From contig OZ241869.1 of the NCBI GenBank assembly GCA_965202805.1, positions 2,720,001-2,784,000 on the forward strand: a DNA stretch of 64,000 nt. The letters are read 5' to 3'. Under the pieces are notes generated by a model, which did not search any database, had not been told where the DNA came from, and saw only the letters and a program-made list of their open reading frames with translations. Source of the DNA: Longimicrobiales bacterium. GTDB taxonomy: Bacteria; Gemmatimonadota; Gemmatimonadetes; Longimicrobiales; Gaopeijiaceae. The position numbers and the translations under genes are program-made. Shown here piece by piece: positions 38,568 through 48,682 of this stretch (positions are counted from its first letter, which is position 1; every line of letters starts with the position of its first letter).

Positions 38568-40607
38568 ATGAAGGCTCTCGTAACGACGGCCCTCGGGTTC
38601 GCGCTGTCCGCGGCGGCGCTCGCGCCCACGGCCGCCCTCGCGCAGGAGCGGCGCAACATCACGGTCGACGATCTGTTCGAGCTGGAGAACGTCGGCACGC
38701 CGGTAGTCAGCCCTGAGGGCGACTGGGTCGCGTACACCGTCTCTCGCACCTCCCTGGAGGATGAACGCTCCTACACCCGCATCTACATGGCGCCGGTCGC
38801 GGGCGGCGACCCGGTCCCGCTTACGCGCGACAAGCAGTCTGCCGGCTCTCCCGCCTGGAGCCCGGATGGCCGGTACCTCACCTTCACCGCAGCGCGCGAC
38901 GGCGACGCGACCCAGGTGTGGGCGCTGGACCGGCGCGGCGGCGAGGCCTTTCCCCTGACCGACGTCGAGCAGGGCGTCAGCGGATACCGCTGGTCCCCCG
39001 ACGGCACCCGTCTCCTCCTCACCATCCGCGATGCCGAGGAGGAGGACGAGGATGCGAAGCCCAACGCTCCGCAGGATCCGTGGGTCATCGACCGCATCCA
39101 GTTCAAGCGGGACGGAGCCGGCTACCTGACCGGCTCACGCATGACGCACCTGTATGTCTACAAGATCGATGCCAGAGAGTTGCGGCAGCTCACCACGGGG
39201 CGCTGGAACGAGTCCCTGGGCGTCTGGAGCCCGGACGGCACCCGGGTCGCGTTCGTCTCCAACCGCACGGAAGACCCGGACCTGAACGCCAACAACGACA
39301 TCTGGGTGGTCTCCGCGGATCTGGAGGAGCCCACCGACTCGCCGCGGCAGCTCACCACCAACCCCGGCTCCGACGGCTCACCGCAGTGGAGCCCCGACGG
39401 GCGCTGGATCGCCTACACCACCGGCATCCGCCCCGACCTGATCTGGTACGCCACCACGCACCTCGCCGTGGTCTCGGCGGACGGAGGCGAGCCCCGGCTG
39501 CTCACCACCGAGCTTGACCGAAACGTGCGCTCCCCCCGCTTCTCCCCGGACGGCGAATGGATCTGGTTCGGGCTCGAGGACTCGTCGGAAAACCACATCG
39601 CGCGCATCCGCCCGGACGGCTCGGAGCTGGAGCGGCCGGTGTCCGGGGGGCTTTCCGCCTCCGGCTTCGACTGGAACGGCGACACCTTCGCGGCCCGCGT
39701 CAACTACCTGGACCGCCCCGGCGAGATCTACGCCGTGGAGGACCACGCGGACGGCGAAGCGGCGCTACGGCGCATCACGGGCCACAACGACGACTTCCTC
39801 GCGTCGTTCAACATCGCCGAAACCCGCAACATACAGTTTCCCTCCGAAGGCGGGATCGAGGTCGAAGGCTTCGTCACCTTCCCGCCCGACCACGAGGACG
39901 GCCGCGCCTACCCCACAATCCTGCGCATCCATGGGGGCCCCGTCTCGCAGTACAGCCACTCCTTCCAGTTCGAGTCGCAGCTCTTCGCGGCCCACGGCTA
40001 CGTGGTCGTGCGCACCAACCCGCGCGGCTCGTCGGGTTACGGACAGGACTTCTCGGCGGCGCTGTGGGCGGACTGGGGCAACCCCGACTTCAAGGACGTG
40101 ATGGCGGGCATCGACTACGCCATCGAACAGGGCTGGACCGACCCCGACCGCCTGGGCGTGGGCGGCTGGTCGTACGGCGGCATCCTCACCAACTACGTCA
40201 TCACCCAGACCGACCGCTTCGAGGGCGCCATCACCGGAGCGAGTGAAGTGCTCTACATCGCCAACTACGGCCACGACCACTACCAGCGGCAGTGGGAGGC
40301 CGAGCTGGGGCTTCCCTGGGAGGGCGACAACCGCGACAACTGGGAGCGCATCAGCCCCTTCAACAAGGTGCACGAGGTCACCACCCCGACCCTCATCATG
40401 GGCGGCGAGGACGACTGGAACGTGCCCATCCTCAACTCCGAGCAGCTCTACCAGGCGCTGCGCCGGCGCGGCGTGCCCACCCAGCTCGTGGTCTACCCCG
40501 GCCAGAGCCACGGCCTGCGCGTCCCCAGCTACCAGAAGGACCGCTACGAGCGCTACCTCGCCTGGTACGACCGCTGGGTCATGAACGCCGACCGACCCGT
40601 GAGCTGA
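38568..40607 (+). CDS. S9C acylaminoacyl-peptidase-like with PD40 repeats
   Basis: Multiple WSPDG repeats, IHGGP, GWSYGG, DWNV and SHG. AGGAG RBS. Confidence 0.93.
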   Translation: MKALVTTALGFALSAAALAPTAALAQERRNITVDDLFELENVGTPVVSPEGDWVAYTVSRTSLEDERSYTRIYMAPVAGGDPVPLTRDKQSAGSPAWSPDGRYLTFTAARDGDATQVWALDRRGGEAFPLTDVEQGVSGYRWSPDGTRLLLTIRDAEEEDEDAKPNAPQDPWVIDRIQFKRDGAGYLTGSRMTHLYVYKIDARELRQLTTGRWNESLGVWSPDGTRVAFVSNRTEDPDLNANNDIWVVSADLEEPTDSPRQLTTNPGSDGSPQWSPDGRWIAYTTGIRPDLIWYATTHLAVVSADGGEPRLLTTELDRNVRSPRFSPDGEWIWFGLEDSSENHIARIRPDGSELERPVSGGLSASGFDWNGDTFAARVNYLDRPGEIYAVEDHADGEAALRRITGHNDDFLASFNIAETRNIQFPSEGGIEVEGFVTFPPDHEDGRAYPTILRIHGGPVSQYSHSFQFESQLFAAHGYVVVRTNPRGSSGYGQDFSAALWADWGNPDFKDVMAGIDYAIEQGWTDPDRLGVGGWSYGGILTNYVITQTDRFEGAITGASEVLYIANYGHDHYQRQWEAELGLPWEGDNRDNWERISPFNKVHEVTTPTLIMGGEDDWNVPILNSEQLYQALRRRGVPTQLVVYPGQSHGLRVPSYQKDRYERYLAWYDRWVMNADRPVS

Positions 40608-40610
40608 GGG

Positions 40611-41525
40611 ATGAGAATCATCGTCAACGGCCAGCAGGCCTTCGGCGCGAGCGTCCTCAAGGCGCTGGTGGAGCGCGGCGAGGACATCGTCGGCGTCTAC
40701 ACCCGTCCCGAAAAGCCCGGTCAGCGCCCCGATCCGCTCGCGGACGCGGCCCGCGCACACGGCCTGCCCCTCTTCCAGCCCTCCTCCTTCAAGAGCGAGG
40801 ACACCTGGCAGCAGATGAAGTCGCTCCGTCCCGATCTGGGCGTGATGGCCTACGTCACCCTCTTCGTGCCCGAGCAGGCGCTGAACATCCCGACCCGCGG
40901 GACCATCCAGTATCATCCCTCGCTGCTCCCGCTCCACCGCGGCCCCAGCTCCATCAACTGGCCCATCATCTGGGGGAGGGAGAAGACGGGACTCTCGATC
41001 TTCTGGCCCGACGACGGCCTGGACGAGGGGCCGATTCTCCTGCAGAAGGAAGTCGACATCGGGGATCACACCCTGGGCAGCCTCTACTTCAACCACCTCT
41101 TCCCGATGGGGGTCGACGCCATGCTCGAGGGCGTGGACCTGGTGCGCGCGGGCCAGGCGCCGAAGATCGCGCAGGACCATTCCGCGGCCACCTACGAGGG
41201 CTGGTGCAGGCACGAGCACGTGCGGGTGGGCTGGAACCGGCCGCTGCGGCAGACATGGAACCTCGTGCGCGGCGCGGATCCGCAGCCGGGGGCATGGAGT
41301 ACGTTCAACGGCGCCTGGGTCAAGCTCTACGGCGCTTCGCGGATCGATGAGGCGCTCTCGATTCGCCCGGGGCAGGTGACCGGCATAGGCGCGGAGGGGA
41401 TTCGTATCTCGGCCCCCGATGGACAGCTGCGGGTCGGCAAGGTGCGGCCCGAAGGGGGCAGGAAGATGGCTGCGGGCGAGTGGGCGGAGTCGGTCGGGCT
41501 GAAGAAGGGCGTGTTCTTCGTATAG
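40611..41525 (+). CDS. Formyltransferase family protein (Fmt-like / 10-formyl-THF hydrolase-domain-like)
   Basis: 'QYHPSLLPLHRGPSSINW' and 'WPDDGLDEGPILLQ'. The N-terminus 'GQQAFG' differs from canonical Fmt 'FMGTPEFA'. Confidence 0.82.
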   Translation: MRIIVNGQQAFGASVLKALVERGEDIVGVYTRPEKPGQRPDPLADAARAHGLPLFQPSSFKSEDTWQQMKSLRPDLGVMAYVTLFVPEQALNIPTRGTIQYHPSLLPLHRGPSSINWPIIWGREKTGLSIFWPDDGLDEGPILLQKEVDIGDHTLGSLYFNHLFPMGVDAMLEGVDLVRAGQAPKIAQDHSAATYEGWCRHEHVRVGWNRPLRQTWNLVRGADPQPGAWSTFNGAWVKLYGASRIDEALSIRPGQVTGIGAEGIRISAPDGQLRVGKVRPEGGRKMAAGEWAESVGLKKGVFFV

Positions 41526-41526
41526 G

Positions 41527-41982
41527 GTGAACAGGATGGCATCGCAGGACGAAAGGCGGGGTACGCTGGAGGGGATGGTTGCGCGGGTTGGCCGCCGCTT
41601 TCCGGATGTGAAGACCATCAGTGCGGCGGCGTTGCGCGAGCGCCTGCCCGACGACGACACCGTTCTCGTCGATGTCCGGTCTCCCGCCGAGCGGGCGGTG
41701 TCCACGCTGCCCGGCGCCATCACCCCTGAGGAATTCGAGGACCGGCTCGACGATCTGGGGGACTGTACCGTGGTCGCCTACTGCACTCTGGGAGCGCGTA
41801 GTTCAAGGTACGCCCGCCGCATGGGCAGGAAGGGCGTGCCGGTGCTGAACCTGAAGGGAAGCCTGCTTGCATGGACGCACGCGGGCGGAGAGCTCGTCGA
41901 TGGCCCGTCGCCGACGAAGCGGGTCCACGTCTTCGGGCCCAGGTGGAATCTGGCCGCGGACGGATACGAGGGCGTTTGGTAG
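41527..41982 (+). CDS. Rhodanese-like domain protein
   Basis: 'LVDVRSPAE..VSTLPGA', 'AYCTLGARS' and 'NLKGSLLAW'. Confidence 0.85.
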   Translation: MNRMASQDERRGTLEGMVARVGRRFPDVKTISAAALRERLPDDDTVLVDVRSPAERAVSTLPGAITPEEFEDRLDDLGDCTVVAYCTLGARSSRYARRMGRKGVPVLNLKGSLLAWTHAGGELVDGPSPTKRVHVFGPRWNLAADGYEGVW

Positions 41983-42893
41983 CACGAGAGCGCCTGGCTG
42001 CCAGGCACCCGTCGGACGCGCGCGCCTCGGGCGCCGTCGTTCCTTTCTCCCTGGTCCTCGCGCTTCTTCTGGGCACCGGTGTCGAGGCGAGCGCGCAGCT
42101 CCCGCAAGTCTCCCTCCCCCCCGAGTGGTCCAACTCCAGCGAGTTCAGCTTCATCCAGACCCGCGGCAACACCGAATCGACGACCTTCGGGCTCGCCAAC
42201 GAGCTGATCACGGAGTGGGAGCGGACCGAGACCAAACTGGAGGTTGGAGCCCTGCGCACCAACACCACCCGCTTCAGGCGCGCCGCCATCGGCACCGCCG
42301 ACGATTATCGGATCGAAGAGGAGAGCGAGACCCGGGTTTCGGCGGAGAACTACCACATCCGCTTCCGCGGCGACCGGGAGTTCTCGGAGCGGTCGTCGGT
42401 GTTCGGCCAGCTGGGATGGGCCCGAAACACCTTCACCGGCATCGATGGCCGCTACGTGCTGGTCGCCGGCATGTCGACGCGGTGGATGGAGGATGAAGTA
42501 CACCAGCTGCGCAGCTCATACGGGCTCACCTTCACCGCGCAGGACGACGTCGTGCCCAATCCGGACGTGCGCGGCACCTTCATCGGACTCCAGGTCTCCG
42601 GCGAATACGAGATTCAGCTGACCGACAACACGGAGCTCAAGACCACGCTGGTGATCGACGAAAACGGCTTCGACCCGGCCGACCTGCGCGCGGACTGGGT
42701 GAGCACGCTGGGCGTCTCGATGAGCGAGCACTTCGGGCTCCAGGCCAAGTTCCAGTACCTCTTCGACAACCGGCCCTCGCTGGTCGACGTCCCGCTGACC
42801 ACCGCCGCCGGGGAGTCCACGGGCAAGGTGTCCATCCCCCTGGACAAGTCGGACCGGGTGCTGACCATGGCGCTGGTGGTGAATTTCCAATAG
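41976..42893 (+). CDS. DUF481 (YdiY-like) outer-membrane beta-barrel protein
   Basis: Signal peptide, 'TRGNTESTT', alternating beta strands and terminal 'LVVNFQ'. TTG start inferred. Confidence 0.75.
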   Translation: MVARERLAARHPSDARASGAVVPFSLVLALLLGTGVEASAQLPQVSLPPEWSNSSEFSFIQTRGNTESTTFGLANELITEWERTETKLEVGALRTNTTRFRRAAIGTADDYRIEEESETRVSAENYHIRFRGDREFSERSSVFGQLGWARNTFTGIDGRYVLVAGMSTRWMEDEVHQLRSSYGLTFTAQDDVVPNPDVRGTFIGLQVSGEYEIQLTDNTELKTTLVIDENGFDPADLRADWVSTLGVSMSEHFGLQAKFQYLFDNRPSLVDVPLTTAAGESTGKVSIPLDKSDRVLTMALVVNFQ

Positions 42894-43061
42894 TCCGTGG
42901 ATGAATCCGCGTGGGCACCGAGAGCCGCGCGACCTCGTCCTCCATGGGGGCGAATGATCCCGACGGCGCGTTGGGCACCCCGGATTTCCAATTGCGCGAA
43001 ACCGCCGTTGGCTCAAGTTTTCAGGGCTCGCCGAAGTATCCGCTGCATGGAGTCAAGAGAG

Positions 43062-45047
43062 ATGAAGATTCGTCCCGTCGCCGCCCTCTGGTCCCTCGCC
43101 CTGCTCGCGCTCGGCGCGTCGTCCCTCGCCGCCCAGGAACCCGCGCGCATCGTCGTGGAGGAAGGGGTGCTCACCCTCCAGCCCGGTGAGAGCGGACAGA
43201 TCACGGCCAGCGTTGTCGATGCCGACGGGAACGCCGTCGATGCCCCGATCATGTACATGGCCCGGGGCGCGCGCGGGCGTCTGGACGTGAACAGAACCAC
43301 CGGCGCGGTCGAGGCCGTGTACGGGGGTGACTACCTGGTCACCCTGATGGTCGCCACCGACCGCAACATCCGCGCGGAGATGACCGTCTCGGTGCCGTAC
43401 CCGGCCCTCGACCGGGTCGAGATCTCGCCGGGCGAGAGCGGGCGCTTCTACGTGGGTACGGTGATGCGCCACCGCGCCGCCGTGTACGACGCGGTCGACG
43501 ACGTTCGCGGCGACGTGGAGCTGGGCTGGAGCACCAGCGACGAGTCGGTGGCCACCGTTGACCGTTTCGGTGTGTTCAGCGCGCACGCGCCCGGCCGGGT
43601 CACCCTGACCGCCGAGGCCGAAGGGGTCGCGGGAGAGGTGGCCTACGATGTGGTCGCGAGCCCGGTCACCTCGATTTCGCTGTCGGGGAGCCAGGAGGTG
43701 GGCCGCACCGGCGACGTGATCCGCTTCGAGGCCGCGCCCATGGCCGGCGACGAGGCCAGCGACATCCCCGTGACCTGGTCCGTCGTGCCCTACGCGGACA
43801 TCGAGGCCACCGCGGACTTCGCGCCCGCCGAGATCGACCAGCAGGGCCGCTTCGTGGCGTATCGGCCGGGCGTGTACACCGTCATGGCCACAGTGCCGGG
43901 CCACTCGGCCAACCAGACCATCCGCATCGAGCCGCGCAACGTAAGCGAGACGGTGGAGTTCATCGGCCAGGGCGCGGTGCAGGACGTTCCCACCTCCGAC
44001 CTGTGGGTGTGGGAAGGCATCGACGGCCGCGACTACGCCATCACCGGCACCTGGGGCGCCTACGGCGCGACCTACTGGTGGGACGTGACCGACCCCGCCG
44101 CCCCGGTCATGACCGATTCGCTGGTGGTGGACGCGCGCACCACCAACGACGTGAAGGTCTCCGAGGACGGCCGCATCTGCGTGATCTCGCGCGAGGGCGC
44201 CTCCAACCGGCGCAACGGCATCGTCATCGTGGACTGCTCGGACCCGCGCAACGTCGAAATCCTCTCCACCTTCGACGACGAGCTGACCGGGGGCGTGCAC
44301 AACGTCTTCGTATACGACAACCACGTGTATGCCGTGAACAACGGCGTCCGCTTCGACGTGATCAACATCGAGGACCCGACCAGCCCCCACCGGGTGGGCC
44401 GCTTCGAGCTGGACACCCCCGGCCACGGCATTCACGACATCTGGATCGTCGACGGGATCGCCTACACCTCCAACTGGGCCGACGGGGTGGCGGTCATCGA
44501 CGTGGGCGGCGGCGACCGGGGCGGCAGCCCGTCGAACCCGGTGCTCATGACCAGTTTCGCCGATATCGGCGGGGCGACCCACGCGGCCTTCCCGTACTGG
44601 AGCCCGACCGGACGCTTCTACATCTTCATGGGCGACGAGATCGGCCGCCCCGGCTTCAACGACCTGGACGCCGAGCGCACGCCCCCGCGCATGGCAGGCT
44701 ACATCCACGTCGTCGACTTCACCGACCCCAACAACCCCGAAGAGGTCGCGCGCTACGAGATCCCGGAGGCCGGGTCGCACAACATGTGGATCGACGGCGA
44801 CCGCCTCTACGCGGCTTTCTACAACGGCGGCACCCGCGTCATCGACATCTCCGGGGAACTCAAGGGCAACCTGGGGCTGCAGGGTCGCGAGATCGCCCAC
44901 TACGCCGCCAACGACCCGGACGCCTTCGTGCCCAACGCGCCCTTCAGCTGGGGCCCGCAGATCCACAAGGGCCACCTGTTCATCGCCGAGCACCACTCGG
45001 GGCTCTGGTCGGTGAGGCTGCAGCCGAGGAGGACGCTGGTTCCGTGA
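43062..45047 (+). CDS. Secreted protein with Ig-like domains and LVIVD-type propeller repeats
   Basis: 'WSTSDESVATVD' Big_2-like segment and repeated 'VIDV/IVDCSDP/VVDFTDP' motifs with His residues. Confidence 0.8.
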   Translation: MKIRPVAALWSLALLALGASSLAAQEPARIVVEEGVLTLQPGESGQITASVVDADGNAVDAPIMYMARGARGRLDVNRTTGAVEAVYGGDYLVTLMVATDRNIRAEMTVSVPYPALDRVEISPGESGRFYVGTVMRHRAAVYDAVDDVRGDVELGWSTSDESVATVDRFGVFSAHAPGRVTLTAEAEGVAGEVAYDVVASPVTSISLSGSQEVGRTGDVIRFEAAPMAGDEASDIPVTWSVVPYADIEATADFAPAEIDQQGRFVAYRPGVYTVMATVPGHSANQTIRIEPRNVSETVEFIGQGAVQDVPTSDLWVWEGIDGRDYAITGTWGAYGATYWWDVTDPAAPVMTDSLVVDARTTNDVKVSEDGRICVISREGASNRRNGIVIVDCSDPRNVEILSTFDDELTGGVHNVFVYDNHVYAVNNGVRFDVINIEDPTSPHRVGRFELDTPGHGIHDIWIVDGIAYTSNWADGVAVIDVGGGDRGGSPSNPVLMTSFADIGGATHAAFPYWSPTGRFYIFMGDEIGRPGFNDLDAERTPPRMAGYIHVVDFTDPNNPEEVARYEIPEAGSHNMWIDGDRLYAAFYNGGTRVIDISGELKGNLGLQGREIAHYAANDPDAFVPNAPFSWGPQIHKGHLFIAEHHSGLWSVRLQPRRTLVP

Positions 45048-45150
45048 GGGACGCGGGAGGCGGTCGGCGCGCCGGCTGCGACGCCGCCGGGCGTACGGGC
45101 GACGCATCGGGCTCCCGCCGCTGGCTGCAGAGGTTCCCCGTGAGGGCGGC

Positions 45151-46296
45151 ATGATGTCGCGCCGGCTCGCAACCCTGGCCGCGGTCGCTGCCGCTCTGTC
45201 GGCCGTCGTCGCCTCCGCCTCCGGGCCGAAAATGGCCCACGCACAGTCCTACCGTGCGTACGTGGCCGCCGAGTCGGAGGACGAGGTCGCGGTGCTCGAG
45301 TTCACCCCCGAAGGCGGGCTCTCGGTGCAGAAGACGATCCGGGTTGGCCGCTGGCCCGCCGAGATCGAGGGCCCGCACGGGATGTTCTTCGACCCGTCCG
45401 GCGAATACTGGTACCTGACGCTCGGGCACGGCTTCCCGAACGGCTACCTGCTCAAGTACGAGACCGGCCCCGACACCGTCGTGGCCGCCACCGAACTCGG
45501 CTTCTTCCCGGCGACCGTGTCGCTCACCCCCGACGGTGTGCTGGCCTTCGCGGTCAACTCGAACTTCTACGGGGACCACGTCCCGAGCACGGTGTCGGTG
45601 GTGGACACCGAGGAGATGTACGTGATCGAGGAGGTCACCACGTGCACCATGCCGCACGGGTCGCGCATGTCGCCGGACGGCATGCACAACTACTCCGCCT
45701 GCATGATGGACGACCAGCTGGTCGAGATGTCCACGTTCTCGCTGGAGGTGACCCGGCGGCTGAACCTGGTGACCGGCGAGCTGGTCGCGGATCCGGTGGC
45801 GCACGGCGCGGGGATGGGCGGCGGGGGGATGAGCGGCGCCATGGGCTCCGGCATGGCCGCCTGCTCCCCGACCTGGACCACCCTCTCGGGCGACGGACGC
45901 TTCGTCTACGTCGCCTGCAACCGCGGCAACGAGATCGTCCAGGTGGACGTCGAGTCGTGGAGCGTGGCCCGGCGCATCCCCGCCGACGGCGCGCCCTACA
46001 ACCTGGCTCTCACCCGCGACGGATCCCGCCTGCTCGCGACCCTCAAGGGAAGCGGCCATCTGGCGGTGTGGGATCTCGACACCGGCGAGCAACTGGCGAA
46101 GATCGAAAACACCCAGGAGGTTACCCACGGGGTCGCCGTGACCTCGGACAACCGCTTCGCCTTCGTCACCGTCGAAGGGATCGGGGGGCAGCCGGGCATC
46201 GTCGAGGTGATCGACCTCGCGAACTACAAGCGCGTCGGGATGGCGGAGATAGGCAAGCAGGCCGGCGGCATCACCCTGGTTCCCGGAGCCGGCTAG
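45151..46296 (+). CDS. YncE/YVTN-type beta-propeller protein
   Basis: Signal peptide and 'PHG', 'VSVVDT', 'FVYVACN' and 'PYNLALT' repeats. Confidence 0.8.
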   Translation: MMSRRLATLAAVAAALSAVVASASGPKMAHAQSYRAYVAAESEDEVAVLEFTPEGGLSVQKTIRVGRWPAEIEGPHGMFFDPSGEYWYLTLGHGFPNGYLLKYETGPDTVVAATELGFFPATVSLTPDGVLAFAVNSNFYGDHVPSTVSVVDTEEMYVIEEVTTCTMPHGSRMSPDGMHNYSACMMDDQLVEMSTFSLEVTRRLNLVTGELVADPVAHGAGMGGGGMSGAMGSGMAACSPTWTTLSGDGRFVYVACNRGNEIVQVDVESWSVARRIPADGAPYNLALTRDGSRLLATLKGSGHLAVWDLDTGEQLAKIENTQEVTHGVAVTSDNRFAFVTVEGIGGQPGIVEVIDLANYKRVGMAEIGKQAGGITLVPGAG

Positions 46297-48566
46297 TGGC
46301 CGACAACACCACACCTCCCTACCGCTGGGCGGCCGGGGTGGCGGGGGCCGTGTTCCTCCTCTACGCGGCGACCGTGGCTCCCACCACGGCGTTCTGGGAC
46401 ACGAGCGAGTACATCGCCACCGGGCACATGCTGGGCATCCCCCACCCCCCGGGGAACCCGCTCTTCGTCGTGCTGGCCCGCGCCTGGGACATCCTGCTGG
46501 CTCCGCTCGGCCTCTCGACCGCGGTCCGCATCAACCTCTTCTCGGCAGCGGTGAGCGCGGCCGCCCACGGGTTCTGGTTCCTCGTCGTCCATCACATCCT
46601 GCGCTTCTTCTCCTCCGACCGGCGCTTCCGGCTGGTGGGGGCGTGCGCGGCGGTCCTCATCAGCGCGACGGCGTTCACGGTCTGGAACCAGTCGAACGTG
46701 AACGAGAAGGTCTACACGGTCTCCCTCCTTACCATCGCCCTCCTTACCTGGCTCACCTTCCGCTGGCAGGAAAACCTCGGAAAGGGAAGGGAAGACAACC
46801 TGTTGGTATTGATGGCGTTCATCATGGCGCTCTCGGTGGGCAACCACCTCATGGCGCTGCTGGTGCTGCCGTCCCTCTTCCTCTTCATTCTCGCCGTGCG
46901 CGCACGCACGCTGCTCAACCCGCGCCTGTACGCGACCTCGCTGGTGGCGGTCCTCCTCGGGCTGAGCATCCACCTCTTCCTCCCGATCCGCTCCGGGCTG
47001 GACCCGGTCATCAACGAAGGGCAGCCGACCTGCGAAGGGGTCTCCGACGCGCTGGTGAGCATCGCCACCTACGGCAACGCGGGATGCGAGGAGCTGTCGT
47101 CGGCGCTCAAGCGGGAGCAGTACGCCAAGCCGCCGCTCGTTCCGCGACAGGCGCCGCTCTTCGCCCAGTACGGCAACTGGATGCAGTACTTCGACTGGCA
47201 GTGGGCCCGGGGCGTGGCCTTCGCGGACAACCGGTTCCCGTTTCGCCGGCTCGTCTTCACGCTGATCTTCCTGGCTTTGGGGGCCTTCGGCCTGCGCGAG
47301 CACTATCGGAAGGACCGTGCCAGCTGGCTCTATCTGGCTTCACTCTTCGGCATCCTCTCCGTCGGGCTGGTCTACTATCTGAACTTCAAGCTCGGCTATT
47401 CCTTCCCCGACCAGGGGATCGAGAAGGAGGTGCGCGAGCGCGACTACTTCTTCATCGTCGGCTTCTCGGTCTGGGGCCTCATCTCGGGGATCGGCCTCGC
47501 GGGCCTGTGGAGGTCGCTGTCGAGAAACCTGGGGTCGATGAAGATGGCCTCGCCGGTGCTCCTGCTGGCGCTGGTGCCGCTGGTCCTCAACTTCCAGCGC
47601 GCGAGCCGGACGGACGATTACTCCGCGCGCGACTGGGCCTATAATCTGCTCATGAGCGTGGAGCCGTACGCGCTCATCTTCACCAACGGCGACAACGACA
47701 CCTTCCCGCTCTGGTACCTGCAGGAGGTGGAGGGCATCCGGCGCGACGTCGTCGTGGCGGTGACGTCGTACCTGAACACCGACTGGTACGTGAAGCAGTT
47801 GCGGGGCCTGAGCCGTCCCTGCGGTCCCGGCGAGGACCCGGACGCGGACCCGACCCGCATCGTCTGCCAGCGTCCCTACACGCCGGTGGGCACGGCGGCA
47901 CTGTACACCGACAACCCGGCCTCGGCGCAGGCCGCGGGGCTGGTGCCGCTGGTCCTGCGCGAACCGATCTCGCCCCCGGCGCTACCGGTGGTCAGTCCGC
48001 AACTGACCGACGACATGATCGACCAGGTCGTCATGACCGGTGTCGCGCCGCTTGCCGAGGATCGCAGTTTTCGCCTGGGTCCGGTCACGGCCACGGTCGC
48101 GCAAGGCCGCCTGATGCAGCCGTGGATGCAGTTCGCGCTGTCCTTCATCGCCAACTCCATCGAGGACCGGCCCATCTACTTCGCCTCCGCCGTCGGCGCC
48201 CCGGAGAACATGGGGCTGCGCAGGTACATCGTCAGGCAGGGGGTGGCCTACAGACTCTGGCCCGGAGACCCGGCGCCGCTCCAGGGCCAGGGGATCGCCC
48301 AGGTCGGCGACCCGAACCGGCTGTCGGGGATCGGCGTCTGGGTAGACACCGAGCGCACGCGAACGCTGGTGGACGAGGTGTACGTGCACCGGAGCGGCCT
48401 TCCAGACGGATGGGACTACTGGCGCGATCCCAGCAGCCTGGGGATTCCCACCTACTACGCCCTCGCCTACTTCGCCCTCTACCGCGAAGCCGGCCTGCGC
48501 GGCGACTCGGCAACCGCCGCCAGGATGCTGGAGCGGATGGAGGCCTGGAACGAGCTGGGGCTCTAG
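46296..48566 (+). CDS. DUF2723 (TMEM260-like GT-C glycosyltransferase) membrane protein
   Basis: 'FWDTSEYIA...LGIPHPPGNPLF', 'EVRERDYFF' and 'FTNGDNDTFPLWY'. Multi-TM. Confidence 0.88.
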   Translation: MADNTTPPYRWAAGVAGAVFLLYAATVAPTTAFWDTSEYIATGHMLGIPHPPGNPLFVVLARAWDILLAPLGLSTAVRINLFSAAVSAAAHGFWFLVVHHILRFFSSDRRFRLVGACAAVLISATAFTVWNQSNVNEKVYTVSLLTIALLTWLTFRWQENLGKGREDNLLVLMAFIMALSVGNHLMALLVLPSLFLFILAVRARTLLNPRLYATSLVAVLLGLSIHLFLPIRSGLDPVINEGQPTCEGVSDALVSIATYGNAGCEELSSALKREQYAKPPLVPRQAPLFAQYGNWMQYFDWQWARGVAFADNRFPFRRLVFTLIFLALGAFGLREHYRKDRASWLYLASLFGILSVGLVYYLNFKLGYSFPDQGIEKEVRERDYFFIVGFSVWGLISGIGLAGLWRSLSRNLGSMKMASPVLLLALVPLVLNFQRASRTDDYSARDWAYNLLMSVEPYALIFTNGDNDTFPLWYLQEVEGIRRDVVVAVTSYLNTDWYVKQLRGLSRPCGPGEDPDADPTRIVCQRPYTPVGTAALYTDNPASAQAAGLVPLVLREPISPPALPVVSPQLTDDMIDQVVMTGVAPLAEDRSFRLGPVTATVAQGRLMQPWMQFALSFIANSIEDRPIYFASAVGAPENMGLRRYIVRQGVAYRLWPGDPAPLQGQGIAQVGDPNRLSGIGVWVDTERTRTLVDEVYVHRSGLPDGWDYWRDPSSLGIPTYYALAYFALYREAGLRGDSATAARMLERMEAWNELGL

Positions 48567-48653
48567 CGGCCGCCGGTGGCTGAATCCGCGCGCGCGCCCG
48601 CCCCTGCCATCACAGCCTGCTCCCTACCCAGGGTCTCGAGGCGGTCAGGAGCG

Positions 48654-48676
48654 GACTTAGTTCGGTGGACTAAGTC
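48654..48676. terminator. AT-rich hairpin between convergent genes (possible bidirectional terminator)
   Basis: GACTTAGT-tcggtgg-ACTAAGTC followed by TATTCTCT. Confidence 0.5.
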
Positions 48677-48682
48677 TATTCT

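Noticed and set aside
40611..41525. Calling this gene fmt
   Set aside because: The N-terminal and HPSLL-flanking motifs differ from canonical Fmt and def is not adjacent, so I left it as a family-level call.
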